The position numbers and the translations under genes were made by a program. The notes under the pieces were generated by a model. That model ran no database searches. It saw only the letters and a program-made list of their open reading frames with translations, and was not told the origin of the DNA. A DNA stretch of 60,512 nucleotides, filler included. It is 4 parts of 4 records of this genome, joined end to end, with 100 filler letters (N's around TTAATTAATTAA, not from the genome) between each part and the next. Parts side by side here need not be neighbours in the genome. Positions count along the whole stretch, not along the records: positions 36,724 to 55,055 come from SRR20825019_418; 3 more parts are not named here. The stretch is one strand, 5' to 3'. How positions within the stretch are numbered: position 1 is the stretch's first letter; each line of letters starts with the position of its first letter. Of this stretch, positions 38,590 to 47,499 are shown in pieces.

Positions 38590-38705
38590 CTGGCTTCCTC
38601 CGGCGGGATCTCGCAGGCAACGGAACACTCGAGCCTTTCGACTTCGCTCCCTCCCTCCCGGCTCGAGCTAGGGCGGTCCCTCGGGACCGCCCGACTTATT
38701 TTCAT
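38590..38705 (+). ncRNA. candidate small RNA with CU-rich anti-Shine-Dalgarno loop and terminator
   Basis: Stem CTCGAGCC (38628-35)/GGCTCGAG (38660-67), loop contains CTCCCTCCCTCCC; hairpin GGGCGGTCCC/GGGACCGCCC (38671-92) then T-rich tail; 5' end uncertain. Confidence 0.55.
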
Positions 38706-38779
38706 TCTGAAAATATATCTACTTTCAGTGGCTTGCTGGGAAAAGAAAATACAGACCTTTTTTGGTCCTTTATTCTGTA

Positions 38780-38822
38780 TTGACAATCACTCGCAGTAAG
38801 CATCATATGCGAATGACTCTCA
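38780..38822 (+). promoter_or_regulatory. bfd promoter with two Fur-like boxes
   Basis: TTGACA at 38780; TGACAATCACTCGCA (38781-95) and TGCGAATGACTCTCA (38808-22). Confidence 0.6.
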
Positions 38823-38839
38823 ATTGCGGGTATCGCGCG

Positions 38840-39034
38840 ATGTATGTGTGTCTTTGCAACGGATTTACCAATCGCTGTGTCGACAAGGCTATAGATGCCG
38901 GTGCGCGGACGGTTGGTCAGGTGTATCAAAATGTCGGGTGCCGTCCCCAGTGCGGAACCTGCATGAACACTATTCGGGAACAGCTCTCGGCGCGTACGAG
39001 CGAGATTGAAATGTCCGCCTCGGATGCCGCATAG
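38840..39034 (+). CDS. bfd: bacterioferritin-associated ferredoxin
   Basis: MYVCLCNG...CRPQCGTC, directly upstream of bfr. Confidence 0.92.
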   Translation: MYVCLCNGFTNRCVDKAIDAGARTVGQVYQNVGCRPQCGTCMNTIREQLSARTSEIEMSASDAA

Positions 39035-39066
39035 GTCCAGGATTAAATACTAACTCATTGTTATAT

Positions 39067-39118
39067 TGAGTGTAATTCGCAATATAGATTTTGCGAACGC
39101 CCTTGGAATTATTCTAAT
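39067..39118 (+). promoter_or_regulatory. Fur-like box plus Irr iron-control-element-like site upstream of bfr
   Basis: TGAGTGTAATTCGCA (39067-81, inside TATATTG...CAATATA); TTGGAA-TTA-TTCTAA (39103-17) vs ICE TTTAGAA-N3-TTCTAAA. Confidence 0.55.
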
Positions 39119-39163
39119 CAGTGCTATCTTCGGCTCCGGGACATTTATTCTGGAGCAAGGCCT

Positions 39164-39646
39164 ATGAAGGGCGACACTAAGGTTCTCGAGTTTCTGAACA
39201 ATGGTCTGAAGGGCGAGTTGACCGCCATCAGCCAGTATTTTCTACATGCCAAGATGTTGCAGGACTGGGGCTTTTCGAAGCTCGGCAAGCACGAGTACGA
39301 CGAATCCATCGACGAGATGAAGCATGCGGAAACGCTTATGGCGCGCATTCTTTTCCTCGAAGGCGTGCCGAACCTGCAGTATCTCGACAAGCTGCTGATC
39401 GGCGAGGACGTCAAGGAAATCTTCGAAGGCGACATGAAGCTCGAGCTGGACGGCATTGCCAATTACAAGGCCGGCATCAAGCATTGTGAATCTGTCGGTG
39501 ATTACGTGACCCGCGATCTCTTTGCCGAGATCCTCGAGGACGAGGAAGGTCACGTCGATTACATCGAGACGCAGCTCAGCATGATCGAAAAGTTGGGCAT
39601 GCCCAATTATCTGCTGCTGCAGTCCGAAGCGAACGAGATGGACTAA
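39164..39646 (+). CDS. bfr: bacterioferritin
   Basis: MKGD, ELTAISQYFLH, ESIDEMKHA, RILFLEGVPNLQ, EEGHVD. Confidence 0.97.
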   Translation: MKGDTKVLEFLNNGLKGELTAISQYFLHAKMLQDWGFSKLGKHEYDESIDEMKHAETLMARILFLEGVPNLQYLDKLLIGEDVKEIFEGDMKLELDGIANYKAGIKHCESVGDYVTRDLFAEILEDEEGHVDYIETQLSMIEKLGMPNYLLLQSEANEMD

Positions 39647-39679
39647 CGCAGATCCGGCTACGGATTTGCATCGAGAACC

Positions 39680-39718
39680 GGGACATCCTGCCAGTCGGGC
39701 GGGATGTCCTTTGTTTTT
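39680..39718 (+). terminator. intrinsic terminator after bfr
   Basis: GGACATCCTGCC...GGCGGGATGTCC stem then TTTGTTTTT. Confidence 0.75.
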
Positions 39719-39755
39719 AGGGCAAGCGTTCCGGTGTTTCAGGGGCCGGTTTGAC

Positions 39756-40232
39756 CTAAGCGTGCGCCCCGATTGCGGCGGGGGATGAGAACGCAGCTTG
39801 TGCCAGAAGCATCGCGGCCTGTGCCGTTGCCTGGACGCTGACCTGCTCCATCCACATCCCGAGGCGGGATTCCACCAGATCCATCTGGCGTTGCCGGGCT
39901 GCGTTCAGGATGCGCAGGAGCAACTGCTCATCGATACTCAATGGCGCCGTCTCAATCGTGGCGATGGCAAGACGCCGGCGGCTGCCGAGAATCAGGAGTG
40001 TCATCATCCGGTTGAGTGGCGCGAGAGCGGGGACAAGCCCTGAGAACTCAAACGCGTCGAGAACGGAGCCTGTCGCGCAACGCCGTTCCTTATGGGCGTG
40101 CATCCATTGCCGCATGCCCCAAAGGATCAGGGTTTCGAATTCATCGAGCGTGGGTGTCGCCAGTATTGAAGGGAGTGGCCCGTTTCCGGTCCGCGCCTGA
40201 ATCCCGGTTTGTGCTGTTAGCGAATGCTGCAC
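39756..40232 (-). CDS. hypothetical protein, probably iron-regulated
   Basis: 158-aa helical ORF with GTG start; Fur-like box upstream. Confidence 0.65.
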   Translation of the reverse strand: MQHSLTAQTGIQARTGNGPLPSILATPTLDEFETLILWGMRQWMHAHKERRCATGSVLDAFEFSGLVPALAPLNRMMTLLILGSRRRLAIATIETAPLSIDEQLLLRILNAARQRQMDLVESRLGMWMEQVSVQATAQAAMLLAQAAFSSPAAIGAHA

Positions 40233-40275
40233 GATTTATCCTTCCCATCGAATGGTCAGGACAGGTTAGTGATTA

Positions 40276-40290
40276 TGAGAATGAGTTGCA
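40276..40290. promoter_or_regulatory. Fur-like box
   Basis: TGAGAATGAGTTGCA, same pattern as the bfd boxes. Confidence 0.55.
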
Positions 40291-40306
40291 ATTAAAAGAA
40301 TTCACC

Positions 40307-41551
40307 TCAAGGGCGATCAGGCATGGTTTTTCCGGCCAATTCGAAACAGGCCGAGACGATGGTCTGGAGACCGGCCTCCGGACTCCCCAGTTCCACGGAC
40401 TTCGCCGCGCTGATGGCTGCATCGAGAAAGGTGTCATCACGAGCCGTTTTGACAAGAAACTGTGCCAGCGCCTTGCCGGGAAGTTCCTTCGCCGGATTGT
40501 TCAGCACGCGTGTCGCGCCAAGGGTTTCAATCCGTTTGGCGGTCACGAGATGTTCCAGGTTCCAGGGCAGGATTGCCTGTGGTGTTCCGGCCATGGCTCC
40601 AGCGACCGCTGTTGAGAGCCCGCCGTGATGCACCAGCAGTCGTGCTTTCGGCATGACCTCGTTGAAGGGCAGGGGCGTCGGGCTGATGCGGAACCGGGCG
40701 ATGGAGTTCTTGCGGGCGGAGTCCGCATTGATGCCGCTGATATAGGCCTGCACCTGAAGGCCGCTCTGTTTCAGCGCGTCCATTGCCAGCTTCAGAAGCG
40801 GGTGGGAATGGGGCATGTAGAAAAACACGCCGTCCGCCGTTCGCTGGTCCTTCGGCAGGGGTGTGATGTCCGTCGGCATGTTGAAGGGCGGGACGGTTTC
40901 CTCCGCGCGATGCGCCGCATAGGGGTCGACGATGGACAGGGTGAGCGGAAAGGACCGGTCGCCGTGAAAGGCATCGCTCAGATAGGGGAGCGGTTCCTCG
41001 CCGCGCAATCGCAGCACCTTGTTGATGGTGGTGAGCAGCCTGGCTTCGTGTTCCCGGGAAAATTTTTCGAGTGTCTCCTGCCAGGGCCGGATCGGCGGCA
41101 TGGCCTGTCCGCCGGGTGGCATGGTGTAGCCATTCCCGATGGTCAGGGACGGGATCCGGCCGCGTGCCGCGATATTCATGGTCGGGCTGAAATCGCCGAT
41201 CACCAGATCCGGGCGCACGGCCGCGAACAGGCCGCTCCAGGCTTCGAGGCGGGAAGCCAGACCGATCTCGTTGCCATAGCCGATCAGGTTCAGGACATCG
41301 GCGAAGGAATGGGTCGGGACCGTTCGCGCTTTCGGGTCGGATGGCATGTTCCAGCGCGGGATCGGCAGCAGATGATAGCCGTCCGGCAGCTTGCCTGTTT
41401 TCGGATCCCAGAAGCCATCCGCGCGTTCGGTTTCCTGCAGGGCGAGGAAAATTTCCGCCCCCCGTTCCCGAAGCGCGCGGGCGATCGGTTTGATCCTGTT
41501 GATGTGGCCGAGTCCGGCCCCAAATTCCCACCCGAATAAAATACGCATCAA
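40307..41551 (-). CDS. GT-B glycosyltransferase (GT1/GT28-like)
   Basis: RILFGWEFGAGLGH, RPDLVIGDFSP, VHHGGLST...AGTPQ. Confidence 0.85.
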   Translation of the reverse strand: MMRILFGWEFGAGLGHINRIKPIARALRERGAEIFLALQETERADGFWDPKTGKLPDGYHLLPIPRWNMPSDPKARTVPTHSFADVLNLIGYGNEIGLASRLEAWSGLFAAVRPDLVIGDFSPTMNIAARGRIPSLTIGNGYTMPPGGQAMPPIRPWQETLEKFSREHEARLLTTINKVLRLRGEEPLPYLSDAFHGDRSFPLTLSIVDPYAAHRAEETVPPFNMPTDITPLPKDQRTADGVFFYMPHSHPLLKLAMDALKQSGLQVQAYISGINADSARKNSIARFRISPTPLPFNEVMPKARLLVHHGGLSTAVAGAMAGTPQAILPWNLEHLVTAKRIETLGATRVLNNPAKELPGKALAQFLVKTARDDTFLDAAISAAKSVELGSPEAGLQTIVSACFELAGKTMPDRP

Positions 41552-41628
41552 CCGTTACTTTTCAGTGCCTTGATTTATTTGCATAGTGACGCTGCAGATT
41601 CGGAAAGCAAGCCGGGAAAGAACGGAAT

Positions 41629-42558
41629 ATGGAACAGCCGCGGCAATTGCCGGTCGGAGAGGAGATCTTCCTCGATCATATAGCGCATTTCGTGCCGGAT
41701 ATGGCGGAGGCGCATCGCGAGTTTAACCGGCTCGGCTTTGTGCAGACGCCCTATACGGAACACCGCCATATTGTTGGCGAGGAGACCGAACCGGTGCCGT
41801 CGGGCACGGCAAATCGCTGCATCATGCTGCCCGAGGGCTATATTGAGGTGATCACGGTCTCGGATGCGTCGACGACGCTTGGCGGAAGGGCGAAAGCCCA
41901 GATGGAGCGTTATGTCGGCCTGCATCTGATCGCTTTTGGCTGCGCCGATCCGGAAAGCGTGCAGGGCCGGCTGACCTTGACCGGCTTTCACCCTGAGCCC
42001 CTGGTGCATCTGAAACGCCCGGTCGGTCTGGCCGACGGGGGCGAGGACGAAGCTTCCTTTACTGTCTGCCGGGTCCGGCCGGAGGATATGCCCGAGGGAC
42101 GGGTGCAATATGTTGCGCATCATACCGAGGAGATCGTCTGGCAGGACCGCTGGCTGCATCACGGTAATGGTATTGTCGCGCTCCGGGATGTGGTGGTTGG
42201 CGTGGAGACCCTCGACAAGGTGGCCGCACGCTATTGCTGGTTCCTGAATCAGGGTGGGCCGAAGCCGTTGAGCGAGCATGTCTGGCGCATTCCGCTCGAC
42301 CGAGGCGGCGTGGTGATCGTGGACGAGGACGGGCTTGGCGATCTTGTGCCGGATGCGGAATTGCCGGAGGACGGTCCTTTGATCGTCGGGTACGGACTGC
42401 TGTCCGAAGACCTGGCGAAGACCGAAGCCTTCCTGAAGGAGCGCGGTTTTGCGCCGGAGCGCATGGACGGTTATCTCCGTCTCTCCCTGCCGGAGACCAT
42501 AGGCGGAACCCTGTTTATCGCGGAAGATGAGGAGAAATTGCCCTGGATCGAGGGATAG
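41629..42558 (+). CDS. VOC/glyoxalase-like family protein
   Basis: LDHIAHFVPD, LGFVQTP, GTANRCIML, YIEVI, HGNG. Confidence 0.85.
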   Translation: MEQPRQLPVGEEIFLDHIAHFVPDMAEAHREFNRLGFVQTPYTEHRHIVGEETEPVPSGTANRCIMLPEGYIEVITVSDASTTLGGRAKAQMERYVGLHLIAFGCADPESVQGRLTLTGFHPEPLVHLKRPVGLADGGEDEASFTVCRVRPEDMPEGRVQYVAHHTEEIVWQDRWLHHGNGIVALRDVVVGVETLDKVAARYCWFLNQGGPKPLSEHVWRIPLDRGGVVIVDEDGLGDLVPDAELPEDGPLIVGYGLLSEDLAKTEAFLKERGFAPERMDGYLRLSLPETIGGTLFIAEDEEKLPWIEG

Positions 42559-42578
42559 AGTCATAAAATCGCCAGCAA

Positions 42579-43367
42579 ATGTGTGTAGAACAGCCTCGTA
42601 ACGAAGCGAGGCTGGGTATTGTGGGTGCTGGTGATGATGATCGAGACCCTGAACGCGAAAGTAACGAGTTGGATCCGATGATCGATGCGTCCCTGCCGGA
42701 GAACCCGGCTCTTCCAAGACTTGAAGGCCTGGAACGCCGGCGTGCCTGGTGGCACCTGATGGCGCAGGATCACGGGGTCTTCCGCTCGATCTATCTGAAC
42801 AAGCATCTGGTGCGGGATGACCTGTGGCGTTCGGCGCAGCCGTCGCCTTGGCATCTGGAGCGGCTGGCTGCGGCCGGTTTCCGGACCGTTCTCAATCTGC
42901 GTGGCTCGGAGCAGGACAATTACCGTTACCGGCTGGAACGGGAGACCTGTGAGCGGCTCGGGTTGAAGCTGATCAGCTTGCCGATCCGGTCCCGCAGCCC
43001 GCTGAAGCGGGAAACCATGCTTGATGCAATCAATGTCTGGGACCAGCTTGAAGGCCCGACCCTGATGCATTGCAAGTCAGGCGCGGATCGTACCGGACTG
43101 ATGAGCACACTTTATCTGCATCTGAAGCATGACGTGCCGATGCGGGAGGCGATGGACCAGCTTTCCCTGCGCTTCGGCCATGTAAGGCAGGGAAAGACCG
43201 GTGTCGTCGATTTCGTGTTCGAAACATTCGCCGACCGGCAGGAGGAAACCGGGATCACGTTCCGCGACTGGGCCGAGACGGAATATGATCCCGATGCCTT
43301 GAAGGCGTCCTTCCGCGATCAGTGGTTCTATTCACTGATCGTCGACAAGGTGCTGCGCCGGGAATAA
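42579..43367 (+). CDS. protein-tyrosine/dual-specificity phosphatase family (start may be 42678)
   Basis: RSAQP, VLNLRG, HCKSGADRTG CX5R P-loop. Confidence 0.88.
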   Translation: MCVEQPRNEARLGIVGAGDDDRDPERESNELDPMIDASLPENPALPRLEGLERRRAWWHLMAQDHGVFRSIYLNKHLVRDDLWRSAQPSPWHLERLAAAGFRTVLNLRGSEQDNYRYRLERETCERLGLKLISLPIRSRSPLKRETMLDAINVWDQLEGPTLMHCKSGADRTGLMSTLYLHLKHDVPMREAMDQLSLRFGHVRQGKTGVVDFVFETFADRQEETGITFRDWAETEYDPDALKASFRDQWFYSLIVDKVLRRE

Positions 43368-43372
43368 ACCGC

Positions 43373-44365
43373 TCAGGCGGCGATTTTTCCGTTCAGTTCA
43401 TCTTCGATAAAGGCCCGGATGACGGCTTCCATGCCTTCATCCTGCGTAAAGCCGAGCGCTGCCGCCTTCTTGGTGTTGAAGGCGGGCGGCCAGCCGCGCA
43501 CGATCTTTTCGATGAAAGGATCGGGCTCCCAGTCGATCCGCCCCGCCACGGCCGGACCGGCGACATTTTCCAGTGCTTTCGCCATCTCTGCGACAGTGAG
43601 CGAGAAGCCGGGAAGCGAGACGGTGCGGGACGCGCCCCAGGCATTGGCCGCCAGATTGTGGGCATGCAGTGTGTTCTCGACGATGCTGCGCGGGGAGGCG
43701 AGCCACATCTTGGCGTCTGGCGCCACCGGACAAACAGCGCGCTGCCCCTGCAATGGCTCGCGGAAGATCGAGCTGGCAAAGGTGGAGGCGGCCTTGTTCG
43801 GTTTGCCCGGACGGACCACGACCGTCGGGAAACGGAGCGAGCGTCCATCCACGAAGCCGCGCCGGCTGTAGTCCGAAACCAGTAGCTCGCCGATGGCCTT
43901 CTGGGTGCCGTAGGAGGTCGTCGGCGTCGTTGCCGTCATGTCCTCGACGATATTGGGCAGATCCCCGCCGAAAGCTGCACAAGAACTGGCGAAGATCATC
44001 TTCGGCGTGCCATCGGCCTGCCGCAGGATTTCCAGAATGTTCCGCGTGGCATCCAGATTGACGGCCATGCCGAGCTCGAAATCTTCTTCCGCCCCGGCGC
44101 TGACAATGGCGGCAAGATGGAAGACGCTGTCCGTGTCGCCCGGGATGGCCTCGGCCAGCAGCGCGCCGTCCGTGATATCGCCGGAGAGACTGCGCACCCG
44201 GCTATCGTCCGTCAGCGCGGCGGGCGCCGGTACGGTGTCGAGCAGGGTCAGCTCGGTGATGCTCTGCCGGCTGCCGTCGGCGGCGACGATGGCGTTGGAA
44301 TCGAGCAGGCGGCGGGCCAGTTTCTGGCCGATGAAGCCCGTGGCCCCGGTGATGGTGACCTTCAT
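43373..44365 (-). CDS. denD: D-erythronate dehydrogenase
   Basis: ITGATGFIG, HLAAIVSAGAE, YGTQK, VRPGKPNKAASTFASSI; ATGA overlap with otnI. Confidence 0.85.
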   Translation of the reverse strand: MKVTITGATGFIGQKLARRLLDSNAIVAADGSRQSITELTLLDTVPAPAALTDDSRVRSLSGDITDGALLAEAIPGDTDSVFHLAAIVSAGAEEDFELGMAVNLDATRNILEILRQADGTPKMIFASSCAAFGGDLPNIVEDMTATTPTTSYGTQKAIGELLVSDYSRRGFVDGRSLRFPTVVVRPGKPNKAASTFASSIFREPLQGQRAVCPVAPDAKMWLASPRSIVENTLHAHNLAANAWGASRTVSLPGFSLTVAEMAKALENVAGPAVAGRIDWEPDPFIEKIVRGWPPAFNTKKAAALGFTQDEGMEAVIRAFIEDELNGKIAA

Positions 44366-45141
44366 AGGGACCACTCCTTCTTCCATCCGAGACCATCGAC
44401 GGTCCCGGCTTCCGGTCGGTACTCGCAGCCGACCCAGCCGTCATAGCCAAGCTCGTCCATCAGATCGAACAGGTAACGATAATTGATCTCGCCGATATCG
44501 GGCTCGTGCCGGGCCGGGACGCCCGCGATCTGGATATGCTCGATCAGGTCGAGATAATCCTGCAGGTGGACCGCGAGATTCCCTTCCATGATCTGGCAGT
44601 GATAAAGGTCGAATTGCAGCCGGACATTGTCCGCGCCGACGGCCTCGAGGATCGACCGGGCCTGAGCCTGATAATTCAGGAAGTATCCCGGGATATCGAT
44701 GTTGTTGATCGGCTCGATGATCAGGGTCTTGCCGCGTGCGGCAGCGATCGGAGCCGCCTGACGCAGATTGGCTATCAGGGTTTCCGTGCAGGCCTCGCGG
44801 GAGACACCGTCGGGGACAAGGCCGCTCATCACATGCAGGCGCGGACAGTCGAGCGTGACGGCATAGTCGAGCGCCTTTTCCAGCGCTGCACCGAAGGTGT
44901 CTTCCCGGCCGGGAATCGCCGCGAAACCGCGCTCTCCCGCTTCCCAGTCACCGGGCGGCAGATTGAAGAGCGTCTGTTCGAGACCGGCTTCCTTCAGGTG
45001 TGTGTTGATTGTTTCGGCCGGGAAATCATACGGAAACAGGAACTCGACACCCTTGAACCCGGCATCGGCCGCAGCCTGGAAACGGTCGAGGAACGCATGC
45101 TCCTGAAACATCATGGATAGATTGGCTGCCAGCTTTGGCAT
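44362..45141 (-). CDS. otnI: 2-oxo-tetronate isomerase (Hyi family)
   Basis: MPKLAANLSMMF, VEFLFPY, IEPIN, QFDLYHCQI, HIQIAGVPARHEP, GCEY; context with otnK and denD. Confidence 0.85.
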   Translation of the reverse strand: MPKLAANLSMMFQEHAFLDRFQAAADAGFKGVEFLFPYDFPAETINTHLKEAGLEQTLFNLPPGDWEAGERGFAAIPGREDTFGAALEKALDYAVTLDCPRLHVMSGLVPDGVSREACTETLIANLRQAAPIAAARGKTLIIEPINNIDIPGYFLNYQAQARSILEAVGADNVRLQFDLYHCQIMEGNLAVHLQDYLDLIEHIQIAGVPARHEPDIGEINYRYLFDLMDELGYDGWVGCEYRPEAGTVDGLGWKKEWSL

Positions 45142-45272
45142 GAACACCCCCTTGGTTGCCGGTCCTTGAAATTGCCGGTTGAAGCGCGGTCCCGCGCTTG
45201 ATTGGAGACGCAGCCTACAGCAGACTGCGCTGCTCAATCCAGAAACTGATTTGTTAAGGGAGGCATGCGGTC

Positions 45273-46541
45273 ATGGCGCCTATTCTCGGCTGTATCGCGG
45301 ATGATTTCACCGGGGCGACCGACCTCGCGAACATGCTTGTGCGCGGCGGCATGCGGACGGTGCAGCTGATTGGCGTGCCTGATGAAAAAACTCCGCTGCC
45401 CGATGCGGACGCCATCGTCGTTGCCCTGAAATCGAGAACAAATCCGGTGAAGGAGGCGGTCGCCCAATCACGCGCCGCGCTGAAATGGCTGCAAAATGCA
45501 GGCTGCCGGCAGTTTTTCTTCAAATATTGCTCCACATTCGATTCGACCGACGAGGGCAATATCGGGCCGGTGACGGATGCGCTGATGGCGGATCTGAAGA
45601 CGGATTTCACGATTGCCTGTCCGGCCTTTCCCGAGACGGGGCGGACGATTTTCAAGGGGCATCTGTTCGTCGGCGATCAGCTTCTGTCCGACAGTCCGAT
45701 GCGGAATCATCCCCTGACACCGATGACGGACAGCAATCTTGTGTCGGTCCTGCAACGACAAACTAAAAAACCAGTTAAGGTGATCCAATTCGCTACCGTT
45801 GAGGCCGGTCCGGAGGCAATTTCAGCGGAAATCGAGGCATTGAAATCGGCCGGAGGCGGTATCGCCATTGTTGATGCCGTTCTTGATCGTCATTTGTTTT
45901 CAATAGATTGCGCTCTGACTGATCTTGCACTGATCACCGGTGGCTCCGGTATCGCCATCGGTCTTCCCGAGAACTACCGGCGGCAGGGTCTGCTGGGGGA
46001 AACGGGCGGTGCGGACGCTGTTCCGGCGGTTTCTGGGCATGCCGCTGTGCTTGCCGGAAGCTGTTCCGTTGCGACGCTCGGGCAGATCGAGCGGTTCAAG
46101 GCGGACTATCCATCCGTTGGCATTGATCCGCTGCGTCTGGCGGATGGCGAAACTGTGGTGGAAGAAGTGCTCGACTGGGCGCGCGAAAAGATTTCGGCGG
46201 GCCCGGTACTGGTTTATGCCAGCCAGCCGGCGGATACCGTGCGTGCCGTGCAGGATCGTCTTGGCCGCGCGGAGGCTGGTGCGCTGGTTGAGGAGGCCAT
46301 GGCCGCGATTGCCAGGGGACTGGTCGCGTCAGGCGTGCGGCGCCTGGTCGTCGCGGGAGGGGAGACTTCCGGCGCCGTTGTGTCCGCGCTGGGTGTGTCT
46401 GGGCTGCGGATCGGGGCGCAGATCGACCCCGGCGTTCCGGCGACGGTCTCTCTGGGCGATGAGCCTATCGCGCTGGCGCTCAAGTCCGGTAATTTTGGCG
46501 GTACGGACTTCTTTGCCAAGGCACTGGCAGCCATGCCGTGA
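45273..46541 (+). CDS. otnK: 3-oxo-tetronate kinase
   Basis: LGCIADDFTGATD, FKYCSTFDST, HPLTPM, VAGGETSG, LKSGNFG. Confidence 0.92.
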   Translation: MAPILGCIADDFTGATDLANMLVRGGMRTVQLIGVPDEKTPLPDADAIVVALKSRTNPVKEAVAQSRAALKWLQNAGCRQFFFKYCSTFDSTDEGNIGPVTDALMADLKTDFTIACPAFPETGRTIFKGHLFVGDQLLSDSPMRNHPLTPMTDSNLVSVLQRQTKKPVKVIQFATVEAGPEAISAEIEALKSAGGGIAIVDAVLDRHLFSIDCALTDLALITGGSGIAIGLPENYRRQGLLGETGGADAVPAVSGHAAVLAGSCSVATLGQIERFKADYPSVGIDPLRLADGETVVEEVLDWAREKISAGPVLVYASQPADTVRAVQDRLGRAEAGALVEEAMAAIARGLVASGVRRLVVAGGETSGAVVSALGVSGLRIGAQIDPGVPATVSLGDEPIALALKSGNFGGTDFFAKALAAMP

Positions 46542-46559
46542 CAGGTCTGGTGCCGGGGG

Positions 46560-47321
46560 TTAGGTCTGGATTGCCGGGAAGACGAGAGAGACCGAGGTGC
46601 CGAAATTCGGATTGCTCCTGATTTCAATCACCACGCCATAGGGGGCGAGCTGGGCCTTCATGATCGACAGGCCCCGGCCTGTACCGAGCTCGCCATCTGA
46701 CCCTTCCGCCGGCTTGACGGGCAGAAACTGGAGAACTTTAGAGAGTTTCTCCGGTGACATTCCCACCCCGGTATCGCGAACGACCATGATAACAGCACCG
46801 GACTTAGGGTCGCACTTGCCTATGACTGCGATGGTTCCGCCGGAAGATGTGAACTTGATGGCATTCGTAATCAGATTGCCGAGGACATCTTCAAGGATGG
46901 TTTGGGGAATAGGCAGGGAGGGAAAACCCCGTTCGAACTGAACATACAGGGAGACATTTTTCTCTTCCGCCAGTGCTGCATAGCGTTCGACCACGATGCT
47001 TGAAACAGCGCTTGCATCCGTAGATGGCGCTGGCCCCGGATCCGGCATGCCCGTTTCATCTCCATCGAGCAAGCGATCGCAGATTCGCACCAGGGCCTCG
47101 GCGGCATCATGGGCTACCGTTGAATAGCGCTGATATTGCGGATGACTGTGTGGTCCGTGCTTTTCGGCCTTCAGGAGATGTGTATAGGCACGCAGCGCGC
47201 TCAAAGCATTGCGCATTTCGTGCGCAATATCGGCCACGAATTCCTTGTCGCCACCAAGGGCTGTCTCTGTTCCCGTGCCATCCGCGGAGGGAGGAGCATC
47301 GGGTATATGCGTCTTCTTCAT
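46560..47321 (-). CDS. sensor-less histidine kinase-like protein (HisKA + HATPase)
   Basis: IAHEMRNAL H-box, NLITNAIKFT, DTGVGM, GTGRGLSI. Confidence 0.82.
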   Translation of the reverse strand: MKKTHIPDAPPSADGTGTETALGGDKEFVADIAHEMRNALSALRAYTHLLKAEKHGPHSHPQYQRYSTVAHDAAEALVRICDRLLDGDETGMPDPGPAPSTDASAVSSIVVERYAALAEEKNVSLYVQFERGFPSLPIPQTILEDVLGNLITNAIKFTSSGGTIAVIGKCDPKSGAVIMVVRDTGVGMSPEKLSKVLQFLPVKPAEGSDGELGTGRGLSIMKAQLAPYGVVIEIRSNPNFGTSVSLVFPAIQT

Positions 47322-47499
47322 GCTTATACATGCCGTTTGTCATCGGTTCATGGTAACGGCACCACAGCATGAGAAAGTGCTTTTATTCGGTTTCGGTGTA
47401 ATGCATGCCGGTGCGTTACTGAGCGACTGTGTATCAAGCGTTGCATACTTTTGTATTACAACGCAGCCGTCATGTTCACACCGAAACCAAAAAAATTCA

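Noticed and set aside
38500-38760. Cobalamin riboswitch upstream of cobQ
   Set aside because: No recognisable B12-box or GGGAA...GCCCCCGC core on the cobQ strand; the structured element reads better as a plus-strand sRNA.
40527-42717. Long alternative ORFs 40527-41531, 40625-41539 and 41575-42717
   Set aside because: They overlap the motif-supported glycosyltransferase and VOC genes in other frames or strands; low-information translations.
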